DNA of 64,000 nt from a virus. The notes under the pieces are model-generated. The model was not told the DNA's origin and searched no databases. It saw only the letters and a program-made list of their open reading frames with translations. The stretch spans positions 32,001 through 96,000 of the IMG/VR virus record IMGVR_UViG_3300028045_000008. One strand, given 5' to 3'. The translations under genes were made by a program, and so were the position numbers. Below are positions 8,337 through 17,947 of this stretch, in pieces (positions within the stretch are counted from its first letter, which is position 1; the number at the start of each line of letters is the position of its first letter).

Positions 8337-10271
8337 ATGACAAAAACAAATGAATTTTTAGAGATTATTGAGAAGAAGAATAAAGAAAAGAACAAAAGCA
8401 AGTTTTCTGGGACCTTTTCGGAATATTTGAAGCTCGTTGAGGAGGATGGAACCATTTCCATACTAGCTCACAAAAGGCTCTATGAGACCATTAAAGCGGA
8501 AGGCGTGACTAGGATGTCTCCAGAAGACGGCCGATGCGCAAACCTATTCAATGGTGAAAAAATAAGAACTTATGATTATTTTCAATCAAAATTCTTTGGC
8601 ATGGAAAGATCTTTGGCAAAAATTATGAGATATCTACATTCTGCAGCCATGAGGGGAGAGGAGAGCAAGCAAGTTCTTCTTCTGCTAGGCCCAGTCGGCG
8701 CCGGAAAGTCAGCACTCATCGAACACGTTAAACGCGCCCTAGAGTCCGCAGGCTCCTTTTATCAGATCGCAGGCTGTCCCATCCAGGAAGAGCCGCTACA
8801 CTTGATACCGAGAAGTCTCCGAGCAGAATTTAAAGATCTTTATGGTGTCAACGTCGAGGGGGATTTGTGTCCGGTTTGTCGACACAACCTGTTGAACGAA
8901 TATGGCGGAGATTATCTAAGTATGCCCGTAATCGAATCCACCTTCTCTGTGAGGGGTCGCCGCGGCGTAGGCGTTGTTCCTCCCATGGACGCGAACACCC
9001 AAGATACCAGTATCCTGATTGGATCAGAGGATATCTCTAAATTGGATTTGTACCCAGAGGATGATCCCAGGGCCCTGAGTCTAAACGGCGCATTCAATGT
9101 CGGAAATCGTGGTATTGTAGAATTTGTGGAGGTGTTTAAAAATGAAATAGAGTTCCTTCACACTATGATTACGGCAACTCAAGAAAAATCCGTCCCATCA
9201 CCAGGTAAAGGCGCCATGATTTATTTTGACGGTGTAATCCTGGCCCATTGTAACGAAGCTGAGTGGAATAAGTTCAAGTCAGAAAATACAAATGAGGCAA
9301 TTCTTGATAGAATTGTCAGAGTTAACGTTCCTTATTGTCTTGAAATCGGTGAAGAGCAGAAGATATATCAAAAAATGCTTGATGAATCTGATTTCGATGC
9401 ACATATCGCCCCACACACCCTAGAGATAGCGGCAATGTTCGCTGTTTTGTCGCGTCTAAAGATATCTAACAAGGTTGACTCTATTACAAAGATGAAGATT
9501 TATAATGGAGAGGAGATCGTTGAGAAGGGATATATCAAAAAAATAGATATTAACGATCTAAGGGAAGAAGCGAGAGACGAAGGTATGACTGGACTTTCAA
9601 CTAGATTTATCATGAAGTCTATTGATGCCGCTTTAGCCGATTCAGATAAAAACATGGTCACCCCGATATCAATTCGTGATGCGCTCGTGAAACAGGTCAA
9701 GGAGCAGGTAGTTGTCGATGACTTGAGAGAGAAATATCTATCGTTTCTCCAAAAAGAGCTTCACGATGAGTACTTGAGAATACTGGAAAAAGAAATAACA
9801 AAAGCATTTGTTTCAGCATATTCGGAACAGGCAGAATCCCTTTTCGACAATTATCTTGATCATGCGGAGGCATATGTTAACGCAACTAAGGTAAAAGACA
9901 ACGTCACTGGAGAAGAGATGTCTGCAGATGAAGACTTCCTTTCCTCAATCGAAGAACAAATAGGAATCGTTGGATCAGCCAAAGACAACTTCAGGGCAGA
10001 TATCACTGCTTATATGTTCGCAAAACTGAGAAGAAAGGAAAAAATTGACTGGAGAGCTTATGGTCCACTCAAGGAAGCAATCGAAAGTAAGCTGCTGGAT
10101 TCAGTGAGAGATATCTCCAGAATTGTAACCAAGTCGAAATCCAGAGACAATAAACAGAAAAAGAAATATAATGAAATGGTTAAAGTGTTAATCGAGGATC
10201 ACGGATATAACGAAGATTCCGCAAACGAGATTATTAAATATGCCTCAAATAACCTTTGGCGCGATAGCTAA
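8337..10271 (+). CDS. prkA: PrkA/YeaG family AAA+ protein
   Basis: Walker A GPVGAGKS, CPIQEEPL, LCPVC, GAFNVGNRGIVEFVEVFK, NEAILDR, VPYCL and EGMTGLSTRF. ATG at 8337, immediately after the spoVR stop, is preferred over GTG 8316. Confidence 0.95.
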   Translation: MTKTNEFLEIIEKKNKEKNKSKFSGTFSEYLKLVEEDGTISILAHKRLYETIKAEGVTRMSPEDGRCANLFNGEKIRTYDYFQSKFFGMERSLAKIMRYLHSAAMRGEESKQVLLLLGPVGAGKSALIEHVKRALESAGSFYQIAGCPIQEEPLHLIPRSLRAEFKDLYGVNVEGDLCPVCRHNLLNEYGGDYLSMPVIESTFSVRGRRGVGVVPPMDANTQDTSILIGSEDISKLDLYPEDDPRALSLNGAFNVGNRGIVEFVEVFKNEIEFLHTMITATQEKSVPSPGKGAMIYFDGVILAHCNEAEWNKFKSENTNEAILDRIVRVNVPYCLEIGEEQKIYQKMLDESDFDAHIAPHTLEIAAMFAVLSRLKISNKVDSITKMKIYNGEEIVEKGYIKKIDINDLREEARDEGMTGLSTRFIMKSIDAALADSDKNMVTPISIRDALVKQVKEQVVVDDLREKYLSFLQKELHDEYLRILEKEITKAFVSAYSEQAESLFDNYLDHAEAYVNATKVKDNVTGEEMSADEDFLSSIEEQIGIVGSAKDNFRADITAYMFAKLRRKEKIDWRAYGPLKEAIESKLLDSVRDISRIVTKSKSRDNKQKKKYNEMVKVLIEDHGYNEDSANEIIKYASNNLWRDS

Positions 10272-10298
10272 AATATATTAAAAAATAACATTTAAATT

Positions 10299-10335
10299 AA
10301 GCCCCTTATTTCATTTAGAAAAGGGGCTTCTTTAT
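10299..10335 (+). terminator. Terminator after prkA
   Basis: AAGCCCCTT...AAGGGGCTT inverted repeat followed by CTTTAT. Confidence 0.7.
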
Positions 10336-10468
10336 GTCTTTTCGTGTAGTGACCTCCTATCTACGGGCGAATGAGTGTGCCTGGCATACTTGTTCTTGGT
10401 TTTTTTAAACTTTTGGTTTATCAAAACCAACATATTTCAATTTCAAACATTGAGGAGGAAATAACAAT

Positions 10469-12964
10469 ATGGCTTTTAATTTAAACAGTTTCCAGCAATG
10501 GAAAACTTATATGTCCTCATGGGGTAGTCCTGTGAATTTAGATCACATTTACGACTATGCTGGATATATCTATGGCGGAAGCAACTTAGATGTTGACGAA
10601 GCTTCAATCCCATCTTCGTGGCTTGGTACGGCTGGAGACAGACGCTACCCTGCCGCTGACACTCTTGAAATGGGAATCACTGGTACTGCCTATGACGGCA
10701 GCGCCTATGATAAAGTAATCAAGTATACTTGGGCTGGTTTGACCGTTAATGGTGGTGGAAACAATGACATATTTATCACGCCGTCCCACATCAAAGATGC
10801 AGGCGGCGCGTATGTCGCGACATCGGCAGATGAGCAGGCAATGTATCGTATTCGTATCTCGAACGGACCAACTTATGCAATGCTAACTATAGAACCAAAT
10901 TTCCCATCGACCGGACCACAGCCTGGGCCGTTCTCTCCGGGAACCGCGGTTTCTATCAATACTATGGTATTTGATGCTGATAATTATGACGCTCTTGCCA
11001 ATAGCGGTCAAGCTCATAATTATGTCAGTGATTATACAGGCGGCCCACAAACCATTTCAGTTGTCAAAATAACTGAAAGTGGCGAAGATGCAACTCTTGC
11101 TGGCCAGGATGTCGGCGACACTCTTTCTGTATACGGCAGCGCAGGCTGGCTCGCTACTCCTAGTGGTCAAACTCGGAAATATCAGTGGAATCTTGATGGA
11201 GTCGCAGTAGCCGGCGTAACCGGAACCTCGTACACTACAGATACTGCTGGAACCGTCACTGTGACTGTTAGCGATGACGAATTCGTCACCTCTTCGACTT
11301 CAGACGGCGTCTCAGTAAATGCTGGCGCTCAAGGAGCGTTCGTCTTAGATGAAGACTTTGAGTCAACCGATGTAGGATCTCTTCCTAGCGGCTTTACCAC
11401 CTCTGGCGATGCCGGATGGGAAGTTGTGGCTAACGGAGGAGCCTATGAAGGAACCAAGCATCTAATATCTCAGGATATCGACGATTCCCAGGCTTCCGTT
11501 TTGGTATATTCTCTGACTATCACTGAGGCTGCGGTCTTGAACTTCTGGTGGAATGTTTCCTCAGAAGCTAACTATGATAAACTGCATTTCTATGTAGATG
11601 GTGCCGAAGAAGGATCCGGCATCTCAGGAGCACCTGGCTGGGCTAAAGTGACATACACTTTTAACGCGGCAGGAACTTATGAACTAAAGTGGTCCTACAC
11701 AAAAGATAGTTCGGCAGATGGCGGGGATGACCTCGGTATGCTGGACAAAATCACAGTACAAAACATTAATGAAGACACAACAGGAGGAAACATTATGTCT
11801 AAAACTAGAATTAACATTCGTCAGGTCGACCTGGAATTAGCAGGCGGCGCTGAAGAATATGAAACAATGGCAGAGGCAGTTGCCGCTGAGGGCGCAGCCC
11901 TTTACGGTAAACTGGTCCCTGCAAAATTTGACCCAAAATACATGGGTGTTAGCTTGAGCGTGGTAGATTTTAAAGCCGCAGCATCTGGCTATACGATTGT
12001 AAACAGGGATGCCCTTGACGACGTTCGAACAACGCTCGAAGGCGCAGATACAACTCTTCAGTCGAACATCGATGCTGAAGCTGCACGCGCATTGGCAGCA
12101 GAAGCTGCCCTTCAGGGTAACATCGATGCTGAAGCAGCAGCCCGCACAACAGCAGATACAACTCTTCAGTCGAACATCGATGCTGAAGCTGCACGCGCAT
12201 TGGCAGCAGAAGCTGCCCTTCAGGGTAACATCGATACTGTTGACGCTCGCGTCACCGCGATCCTCTCGGGTTCATCCGACGGCCTCGACACATTTATCGA
12301 AGTTGTCGCAGCCTATGAGGCTGCTGATGGTAGTCTTGAGACTTCCATCACCAACCTGTCGACCGTAGCAGCAGACGATCGCGCAGCAATCCGCTCCGAG
12401 TTTGAAGCAGCAGATACAGCCCTCCAGGGTAACATCGACGCACTAGGGGCGTATGCTGGTGTTGAAATTCTCTCCGCTTCTGACGACCGTGCATTAATCC
12501 GCACTGAATTCGCAGCAGCAGATGTAGTTCTTCAGAATCAAATCACCTCGAACGATACTGATATCGCTACTAACGCAGCAGATATTTCTTCTGAAGCTGC
12601 ACGCGCATTGGCAGCAGAAGCTGCCCTTTCCGCCAGTGTTACCACTGAGCAGACTAGAGCATTGACAGCAGAAGCTGCCCTCACCACTGATGTCAGTGAG
12701 CTAAACGCTGATATACTTGCCCTATACGGAAGACACTTCAGAGCTAGCTCTGTCGTAGGTTCCGATGGCACTTATGAGGTTGCCCTAGGCGACCTCGCAG
12801 ACGAAGGTTCATTGCAGGTATTTGTCAACGGTATACTTATGGTAACCACTGTTGATTATACTGTGTCCTCCGCCGCCGGCGTTATGACCGTCAGTGTCTT
12901 GGGCTGTGAAACAGGTGATGATGTCACTGTCATGGGCCAAAAGCAGGTCTCTCTCACATCGTAA
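10469..12964 (+). CDS. Virion fibre/whisker-like structural protein (beta-sandwich domains plus coiled-coil repeats)
   Basis: Ig-like YQW segment, jelly-roll-like EDFE...FWWNVSSE..YDKL..WSYTKD domain, Ala-rich heptad repeats and C-terminal LQVFVNG..DY domain. Located between neck and sheath genes. Confidence 0.6.
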   Translation: MAFNLNSFQQWKTYMSSWGSPVNLDHIYDYAGYIYGGSNLDVDEASIPSSWLGTAGDRRYPAADTLEMGITGTAYDGSAYDKVIKYTWAGLTVNGGGNNDIFITPSHIKDAGGAYVATSADEQAMYRIRISNGPTYAMLTIEPNFPSTGPQPGPFSPGTAVSINTMVFDADNYDALANSGQAHNYVSDYTGGPQTISVVKITESGEDATLAGQDVGDTLSVYGSAGWLATPSGQTRKYQWNLDGVAVAGVTGTSYTTDTAGTVTVTVSDDEFVTSSTSDGVSVNAGAQGAFVLDEDFESTDVGSLPSGFTTSGDAGWEVVANGGAYEGTKHLISQDIDDSQASVLVYSLTITEAAVLNFWWNVSSEANYDKLHFYVDGAEEGSGISGAPGWAKVTYTFNAAGTYELKWSYTKDSSADGGDDLGMLDKITVQNINEDTTGGNIMSKTRINIRQVDLELAGGAEEYETMAEAVAAEGAALYGKLVPAKFDPKYMGVSLSVVDFKAAASGYTIVNRDALDDVRTTLEGADTTLQSNIDAEAARALAAEAALQGNIDAEAAARTTADTTLQSNIDAEAARALAAEAALQGNIDTVDARVTAILSGSSDGLDTFIEVVAAYEAADGSLETSITNLSTVAADDRAAIRSEFEAADTALQGNIDALGAYAGVEILSASDDRALIRTEFAAADVVLQNQITSNDTDIATNAADISSEAARALAAEAALSASVTTEQTRALTAEAALTTDVSELNADILALYGRHFRASSVVGSDGTYEVALGDLADEGSLQVFVNGILMVTTVDYTVSSAAGVMTVSVLGCETGDDVTVMGQKQVSLTS
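12044..12235 (+). repeat. Intragenic direct repeat: 84 bp exact, 108 bp period, partial third copy near 12591-12628
   Basis: GCAGATACAACTCTTCAG...GGTAACATCGAT occurs at 12044 and 12152 and encodes ADTTLQSNIDAEAARALAAEAALQGNID. Confidence 0.9.
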
Positions 12965-13011
12965 TAGCTTAAACTATTAAAGCGATATTCCAATCTTATT
13001 GAAATATTGCC

Positions 13012-13047
13012 GGGCTCTCCCATTAATTTGGGAGGGCCCTTTTTTTT
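13012..13047 (+). terminator. Rho-independent terminator
   Basis: GGGCTCTCCCA-TTAATT-TGGGAGGGCCC followed by a T8 run. Confidence 0.9.
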
Positions 13048-13089
13048 AAACTACTTAAGAACGAACAATGAAAAGGGGGATCGAAAGAT

Positions 13090-13467
13090 ATGTTCGAAAA
13101 GATAAAGAGTTTTTTTACCACTAACAGCAACGCGAAGTCAGAAGTCGAAGAAGCCCTACAAGAAGAAATCCATGAGGCCCCACCAGAACCACCAAACACT
13201 TTGGAGATCCCATGGGAAGATGTAACACCGCTAAAGAACATTGACAATGCCAGGAAAAAGCTTCATGATAAAATTAAAGATATTCTATACAATGCAAAGA
13301 TGACAGAGGCCAAGGCTTTCCAGACTTTAGATCTTTATCGAGAGATTGAAAAAGAAAAGCTGAAAGAACTACATGAGAAATACAACATCCCATCAGATGG
13401 AAGTTACGACCTGGAATTGCCGGCGATAACCGGAAAGCAAGGATATTTCAAAAAAAGGAATAAGTAG
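13090..13467 (+). CDS. Hypothetical protein (putative late)
   Basis: 125 aa ORF with RBS-like GGGGG and ACTACTTA upstream. Confidence 0.6.
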   Translation: MFEKIKSFFTTNSNAKSEVEEALQEEIHEAPPEPPNTLEIPWEDVTPLKNIDNARKKLHDKIKDILYNAKMTEAKAFQTLDLYREIEKEKLKELHEKYNIPSDGSYDLELPAITGKQGYFKKRNK

Positions 13468-13509
13468 TCCTATTCTGGAATATTTAATATGACTTTGAAA
13501 AAAGAATAA

Positions 13510-13517
13510 ACTATTTA
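13510..13517 (+). promoter_or_regulatory. Putative late promoter ACTATTTA (sheath)
   Basis: Recurrent motif. Confidence 0.65.
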
Positions 13518-13557
13518 TAGTATAACAGGATTTTATTCCCCGTAGGAGAAATTTTAA

Positions 13558-16425
13558 ATGTCAGTCAAAAAGTTCAAATTTGTATCGCCCGGCGTATTTT
13601 TAAGCGAAGTTGACAACTCGCAATTACCGGCAGCAGAACGAGAAATCGGCCCACTTGTCGTTGGTCGTACCCAATTTGGCCCAGCCATGAGACCAGTCAC
13701 CGTTCAATCGTTTTCTGAATATGTCGAGACTTTTGGTAATCCGGTACCAGGCGGCGCCGGAGGAGATGTGTGGAGAGATGGGAACCAGCAGGGCCCAACA
13801 TATGCTGCATATGCAGCCCAAGCATATCTGAAGTCTGATGTCGGACCAGTGACAATGATTCGCCTTTTGGGAAGTCAAAATCCAGAGTTTCTTGGAAGTC
13901 CGGTGGCAGCAAACCGCGCATCCGCTGGGTGGGCAACGGAAGGGACAATTTCTCCCGGTAACGACGGTGGGGCCTACGCCCTGGTTGTCTGCAATAGCTC
14001 CTCATCTCCAGCAGGAGTGGCTCAAGATGCTGTCGTCGCGGCAATCTGGTACATGGACAGTGGTTCTATCTCTCTTAGCGGAACACTCGCCGGCCCAGCC
14101 GGCGCCACTGGACAGACAGGGTCATACGCCTTGTTCAAAAACAATGGCTCCTCCTTCAACCCAGAATACACAGCTATAATAAAAGACTCTCTTGGGAATG
14201 TGGTTCACAAAACAGCATTTAATGCTGATCCCGATTCCGCTAAGTATATCAGAAATGTCTTCAATACGAATCCTCAGTTAGTGAACTCTGACGTAGTGGA
14301 CACTACGGTTTTTAATCGCGGTGAAAATCTGTATTGGCTCGGAGAAACTTTCGAGAATACCATGGCAAAGCTCGTTTTGGGCGGAGACATAACAAACCCA
14401 GACGCAATGATTGTAGCCCTCGGAAACGCTGCTGGAACCGTCAGTAGATCTGATATGAAGCAGAATTATCAAGAAGCAGCCACCGGCTGGTTCATCTCGC
14501 AAGATCTAACTTCAGATGCCGCATCTTACGTCGCTTCCAACCAGAACAATCTGTTTAGAATTGTCGCTAGAGACGCTGGAGAGAACGCCCAGAACACTTT
14601 AAAAATATCAGTACAGAATATCAAACCATCTACCAGCTTACTGGATCAATATGGTACTTTCGATGTTGTGGTGAGAAGAGCAAACGACACAGACAACGTT
14701 GTTAAATACGTCGAGAGATATACAAATCTATCTTTGAATCCTTCATCTGAAAACTACATCGGAGTTAAAATTGGTGATAAATATACCATTTATGACGATG
14801 ACCAAAAGAGACTTAGAGAATATGGACAGTACGACAATCAATCGAAATACATTCGAGTAGAAATTAGAGATGATGTTGCCACTGGCCTGACTGATCCAAA
14901 AGCTCTACCATTCGGAGTCAGAGGACCAAAGGTCCCAGCAACAGTAACTATCGAGTCCGGTTCCGTGTCTATCACCACTCCAGGCGATGCAGATTCTATA
15001 TTGGTCACCGGCTCAGTGGCTGCTGACACGAAGGCTTCCCCTACATCGATGTATGACGCAGGCGGATACGCACAACACACATGCTCCATTCAGTGGCCAG
15101 CAGTGACTCTCCGCCTCTCAGCTTCTGACGGCGGCCTTGGAAACCCAACTGACGCATTTTTCGGCGCGCAGTCATCAACCCAGCTTTCCGTCAATGACAA
15201 TCTTAACTTTGATCCAGGCTGGGGAGATCTTCTGAGATCATTTCCTACCGCCCTTGAGGGAACTCTTGTAGATTCGTGGGTATTCTCCCTGGATGAAGTT
15301 GTCACTTCTGGTTCAGCGACAGCCTTCTGGAAAGACGGCTCAAGAGCATCGCTTGATTCGGCCACTGCACAGGGGGATTATACTTCTATTTTGACAGATG
15401 GTTATGACAGCTTTACGGCCCCCCTTTACGATGGGTTTGACGGCCTCAATATCAAGGAGATCGAACCATTTAGAAACAGTGCCATGGGAGCCACTGATAA
15501 CGAGTACTCCAACTACGCATTTAACGCAATTCAACAAGCTCTCAACAGTATTTCCGACCCAGAAGTTGTAGAGTATAATCTACTCGCAGTACCTGGGCTG
15601 ACTAACACAAAATTGACGCAACATATGATAAACATTTGCGAAGACAGAGCAGACGCTCTCGCAGTCGTCGACCTCGAAGATGTGTATGCTCCTTTTACAG
15701 AGAATACTAAGGCATTTCAGGAAAGAGTTAGTACCCCGAATGACGCAGTGAACGCACTTAGACTGAGGCAAATTGATTCTTCTTACGCATGTACCTATTT
15801 CCCATGGGTCCAGGTCCGAGATACTATCGCCTCTAGATTACTCTGGGTCCCGCCTTCCGTAATAGGACTTGGCGTCATGGCGAACTCCGAGGCCAAATCA
15901 GAGGTATGGTTTGCACCTGCAGGATTTAATCGTGGAGGTCTTACAGAGGGCTCTGCCGGATTACCAGTCGCAGGCCTGACATATAAGCTGACCTCGAAAG
16001 ACAGGGATCTTCTTTATGATGCGAGTGTTAATCCAATCGCCTCATTCCCATCGGAAGGCATTGTCGTTTTCGGACAAAAAACTATGCAGGTTAAGAGATC
16101 AGCACTCGATCGAATTAACGTGAGAAGGTTGATGATCTTCATTAAGAAACAGGTATCCAGAATATCTTCTGGCCTCTTGTTTGATCAGAACGTTAGCGTG
16201 ACTTGGGAGAGGTTCCTAAATCAGGTTAATCCGCTGCTGTCAAGTATCCAGTCGAGATTGGGATTGACCGAATTTAAGGTTGTTCTCGATGAGACGACCA
16301 CTACTCCGGACTTGGTAGATCAGAACATCATGTATGCTAAGATATTCTTGAAGCCTGCAAGAGCTATTGAGTTTATCGCAGTTGATTTTGTGATTACGAG
16401 ATCTGGCGCATCTTTTGATGACTAA
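13558..16425 (+). CDS. gp18: Contractile tail sheath protein (gp18-like)
   Basis: FVSPGVFLSEVD, GRTQFGP, YFPWV, WFAPAGFNRG, FGQKT, ALDRINVRRL and KPARAIEFI. Confidence 0.96.
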   Translation: MSVKKFKFVSPGVFLSEVDNSQLPAAEREIGPLVVGRTQFGPAMRPVTVQSFSEYVETFGNPVPGGAGGDVWRDGNQQGPTYAAYAAQAYLKSDVGPVTMIRLLGSQNPEFLGSPVAANRASAGWATEGTISPGNDGGAYALVVCNSSSSPAGVAQDAVVAAIWYMDSGSISLSGTLAGPAGATGQTGSYALFKNNGSSFNPEYTAIIKDSLGNVVHKTAFNADPDSAKYIRNVFNTNPQLVNSDVVDTTVFNRGENLYWLGETFENTMAKLVLGGDITNPDAMIVALGNAAGTVSRSDMKQNYQEAATGWFISQDLTSDAASYVASNQNNLFRIVARDAGENAQNTLKISVQNIKPSTSLLDQYGTFDVVVRRANDTDNVVKYVERYTNLSLNPSSENYIGVKIGDKYTIYDDDQKRLREYGQYDNQSKYIRVEIRDDVATGLTDPKALPFGVRGPKVPATVTIESGSVSITTPGDADSILVTGSVAADTKASPTSMYDAGGYAQHTCSIQWPAVTLRLSASDGGLGNPTDAFFGAQSSTQLSVNDNLNFDPGWGDLLRSFPTALEGTLVDSWVFSLDEVVTSGSATAFWKDGSRASLDSATAQGDYTSILTDGYDSFTAPLYDGFDGLNIKEIEPFRNSAMGATDNEYSNYAFNAIQQALNSISDPEVVEYNLLAVPGLTNTKLTQHMINICEDRADALAVVDLEDVYAPFTENTKAFQERVSTPNDAVNALRLRQIDSSYACTYFPWVQVRDTIASRLLWVPPSVIGLGVMANSEAKSEVWFAPAGFNRGGLTEGSAGLPVAGLTYKLTSKDRDLLYDASVNPIASFPSEGIVVFGQKTMQVKRSALDRINVRRLMIFIKKQVSRISSGLLFDQNVSVTWERFLNQVNPLLSSIQSRLGLTEFKVVLDETTTTPDLVDQNIMYAKIFLKPARAIEFIAVDFVITRSGASFDD

Positions 16426-16438
16426 AAGAAAACTAACA

Positions 16439-16446
16439 ACTATTTA
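16439..16446 (+). promoter_or_regulatory. Putative late promoter ACTATTTA (tube)
   Basis: Recurrent motif. Confidence 0.65.
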
Positions 16447-16479
16447 AGAATATACAGCACATAAGGAGTATTTTAAAAT

Positions 16480-17064
16480 ATGGCATTCTGGACAGACGCT
16501 CAAAATAAAGATCCAAAAAGAGCATTTAGATTTATGGTTCAAATCGGCGGCATGGAAAATGGCGCTACTTGGTATGCGAAGGCAGTACAGAAACCATCGA
16601 TAAAGGTTGAAGAGGCTGATCACACTTTTCTAAACCACAAGTTCTATTATCCTGGCAGAACAAGCTGGGAGGCTATAGAAATTACTCTGGTTGATCCGGT
16701 CAGTCCGGACGCTGCAGCAAATACTGCGGCAATTATTCGTGCCTCTGGATATACTCCACCCAAAGATGTTAATGATGTGACAACTATGTCTAAAGCGTCT
16801 GCGGTCAAGGCACTCAATGGAGTAGTCATTAAGCAGATAGATTCAGTTGGCGAAACTCTTGAAAAGTGGACTCTTTGGAATGCTTTTCTCACAGGCGTTA
16901 CCTATGGCGATTTAAGTTACAATGAAGAGGGCCTTACCGAGATAAAAATGACAGTACGTTTTGATTGGGCTGTGCTTGAGACTCTTAATGAATCAAAAAC
17001 GGGACAAACCACACCATCCGGCGCCCCCGCCGATGGAAAAACATTCTTTAAACCAGGAAGCTGA
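16480..17064 (+). CDS. gp19: Tail tube protein (gp19-like)
   Basis: Follows the sheath gene. Motifs PKRAFRF, YYPGRTSW, WTLWNAF, YGDLSY and VRFDWA. Confidence 0.88.
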   Translation: MAFWTDAQNKDPKRAFRFMVQIGGMENGATWYAKAVQKPSIKVEEADHTFLNHKFYYPGRTSWEAIEITLVDPVSPDAAANTAAIIRASGYTPPKDVNDVTTMSKASAVKALNGVVIKQIDSVGETLEKWTLWNAFLTGVTYGDLSYNEEGLTEIKMTVRFDWAVLETLNESKTGQTTPSGAPADGKTFFKPGS

Positions 17065-17089
17065 TAAATAATTTTAAGAGAGGTGTATA

Positions 17090-17947
17090 TTGGCTAGAAA
17101 TAAAGACCGATTAGGTCTTGGAAAGGACGTGGAGAGTAATGATCCTATCTCCCCTTCCGCAGCAATGAATTCGGATGGCCCGCTCATATTCGAGACCCCA
17201 TCTGAATTCGTCGAACTACCGACAAAGGGTCGATTTTATCCACAAAATCATCCACTTCATAACCAGGAGCATGTCGAAATAAAGCACATGACCGCAAGAG
17301 AGGAGGACATTCTGTCTTCTAGATCTCTCTTGAAAAAGGGTGTTGCTCTAGACAGGTTTGTTCAGAGTGTTTTGAAAGATAAGAGGATAAAAGTAGAAGA
17401 TCTCTATATTGGAGATAGAAACGCTATACTCATAGCCGCCAGGGTTACTGGTTATGGCGAGGAGTATGCAACGCAGATCACATGCCCTTCTTGCATCAGT
17501 GTCGAGAAACATTCCTTTGATTTGGACCAGAGAGTCTTGACAGAGGGTGCTATCGCCGAGGATTCTGATGCAGAATTTACAGACACAGGGACTGTGACGA
17601 CGAGATTGCCTATATTCAAGGTTAAAGTTGAACTTCGACTTCTGACCGTGAAAGAAGAGAATTATTTGAGTCGCTTGACAAATAATAAAAAAGACAAGAA
17701 TCTTCCCGATACGAAATTAACTGATATGTTGAAAATGATCATTGTATCTGTTGAGGGGAAAGAAGATTCAGCCACAATTGCTTCTCTAGTGGATAACCTT
17801 CCCGCTAGAGATTCTAAACACTTGAGAGATATCTATACCAAAGCTATCCCAAATGTTAGCATGAGACAGAGATTTGAATGCTCCTCATGTTCTTACGAAG
17901 GTGAAACGGAGGTTCCGCTTAATGCGGAGTTCTTTTGGCCTAAGTAA
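17090..17947 (+). CDS. Baseplate hub/tail assembly chaperone (gp26-like, two CxxC)
   Basis: VELPTKG, MTAREEDIL, DLYIGDRNAIL, CPSC...CSSC and C-terminal FFWP. TTG start with GAGGTG RBS. Confidence 0.75.
   Translation: MARNKDRLGLGKDVESNDPISPSAAMNSDGPLIFETPSEFVELPTKGRFYPQNHPLHNQEHVEIKHMTAREEDILSSRSLLKKGVALDRFVQSVLKDKRIKVEDLYIGDRNAILIAARVTGYGEEYATQITCPSCISVEKHSFDLDQRVLTEGAIAEDSDAEFTDTGTVTTRLPIFKVKVELRLLTVKEENYLSRLTNNKKDKNLPDTKLTDMLKMIIVSVEGKEDSATIASLVDNLPARDSKHLRDIYTKAIPNVSMRQRFECSSCSYEGETEVPLNAEFFWPK

Noticed and set aside
5832-10271. Host-DNA contamination or prophage boundary as the explanation for yeaH/spoVR/prkA
   Set aside because: The genes overlap the neck gene by ATGA, share strand and packing with phage genes and are flanked by virion genes on both sides. 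No integrase or att site was seen. A read-level check is still advisable.
12044-12235. Diversity-generating retroelement TR/VR pair
   Set aside because: The copies are identical with no adenine-specific mismatches, and there is no reverse transcriptase in the window.
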